From positions 372,620,001 through 372,684,000 of the forward strand of contig OZ024740.1 in the NCBI GenBank assembly GCA_964016885.1: a DNA stretch of 64,000 bases. The letters run 5' to 3'. Position 1 is the stretch's first letter. Each line of letters starts with the position of its first letter. Made by a program: the position numbers and the translations under genes. Below are positions 63,765 to 64,000 of the stretch, piece after piece. The stretch is from Eledone cirrhosa. Lineage: Eukaryota. The notes below the pieces were generated by a model. It was not told the origin of the DNA. It did no database searches and was given only the letters and a program-made list of their open reading frames with translations.

Positions 63765-63991
63765 GGATACTAGGTAAAATCGAATCTCTGGCAGTGTGCA
63801 AGCAAATTCGTCCTACTATGAGAATGAGTTAGCAAAGCACTCGACAAGGTAGGTCCTCAGAGTAATAACATACCTTTAAATAGCTTGACAAATTGAACAT
63901 TGTGGTAGGCAAAATCTAACACACACTATACCAAAGTAACGAAAGAACAAACAGGTTGAGAAAAATACACCTGGACAAATCAAACGTTATA
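63072..63991. mobile_element. ORF-poor 596-bp permuted unit plus an inverted partial copy across a (TA)n tract
   Basis: 63072-63126 repeats at 63668-63722 (offset 596). 63492-63722 is inverted at 63761-63991. Confidence 0.88.
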
Positions 63992-64000
63992 TATATATAT

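Overview
AT-rich, microsatellite-saturated animal genomic DNA. The density of (TA)n/(CA)n/(GA)n tracts and the recurrent tRNA-derived SINE suggest an octopod cephalopod, but that is inference only. The single host coding sequence I can support is a 110-bp minus-strand exon (15688-15797) of a nicotinic acetylcholine receptor-type Cys-loop channel, which the ORF track misses, so much of the window is probably intronic. The remainder is a 2-kb 33-bp minisatellite, SINEs (including a head-to-tail array), an RTE-like LINE fragment and many decayed Penelope-like elements (PLEs; RT plus C-terminal GIY-YIG). Many short ORF-less insertions also sit inside (TA)n tracts. Read by eye, the PLE ends and short insertions carry about 20 hammerhead-ribozyme (HHR) motifs from roughly a dozen unrelated families. 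Three families use a compensatory U3-A8 core (UUGANAA). Three ORF-less insertions are circularly permuted, retrozyme-like units of 319, 485 and 596 bp; the 596-bp unit carries only an atypical half-core. One C-terminal-EN PLE has two in-frame TGA codons at cysteine-type positions of its endonuclease region, which may indicate a selenoprotein retroelement. Almost all ORFs in the supplied track are microsatellite artefacts. Folds and alignments were done by eye and need computational confirmation.
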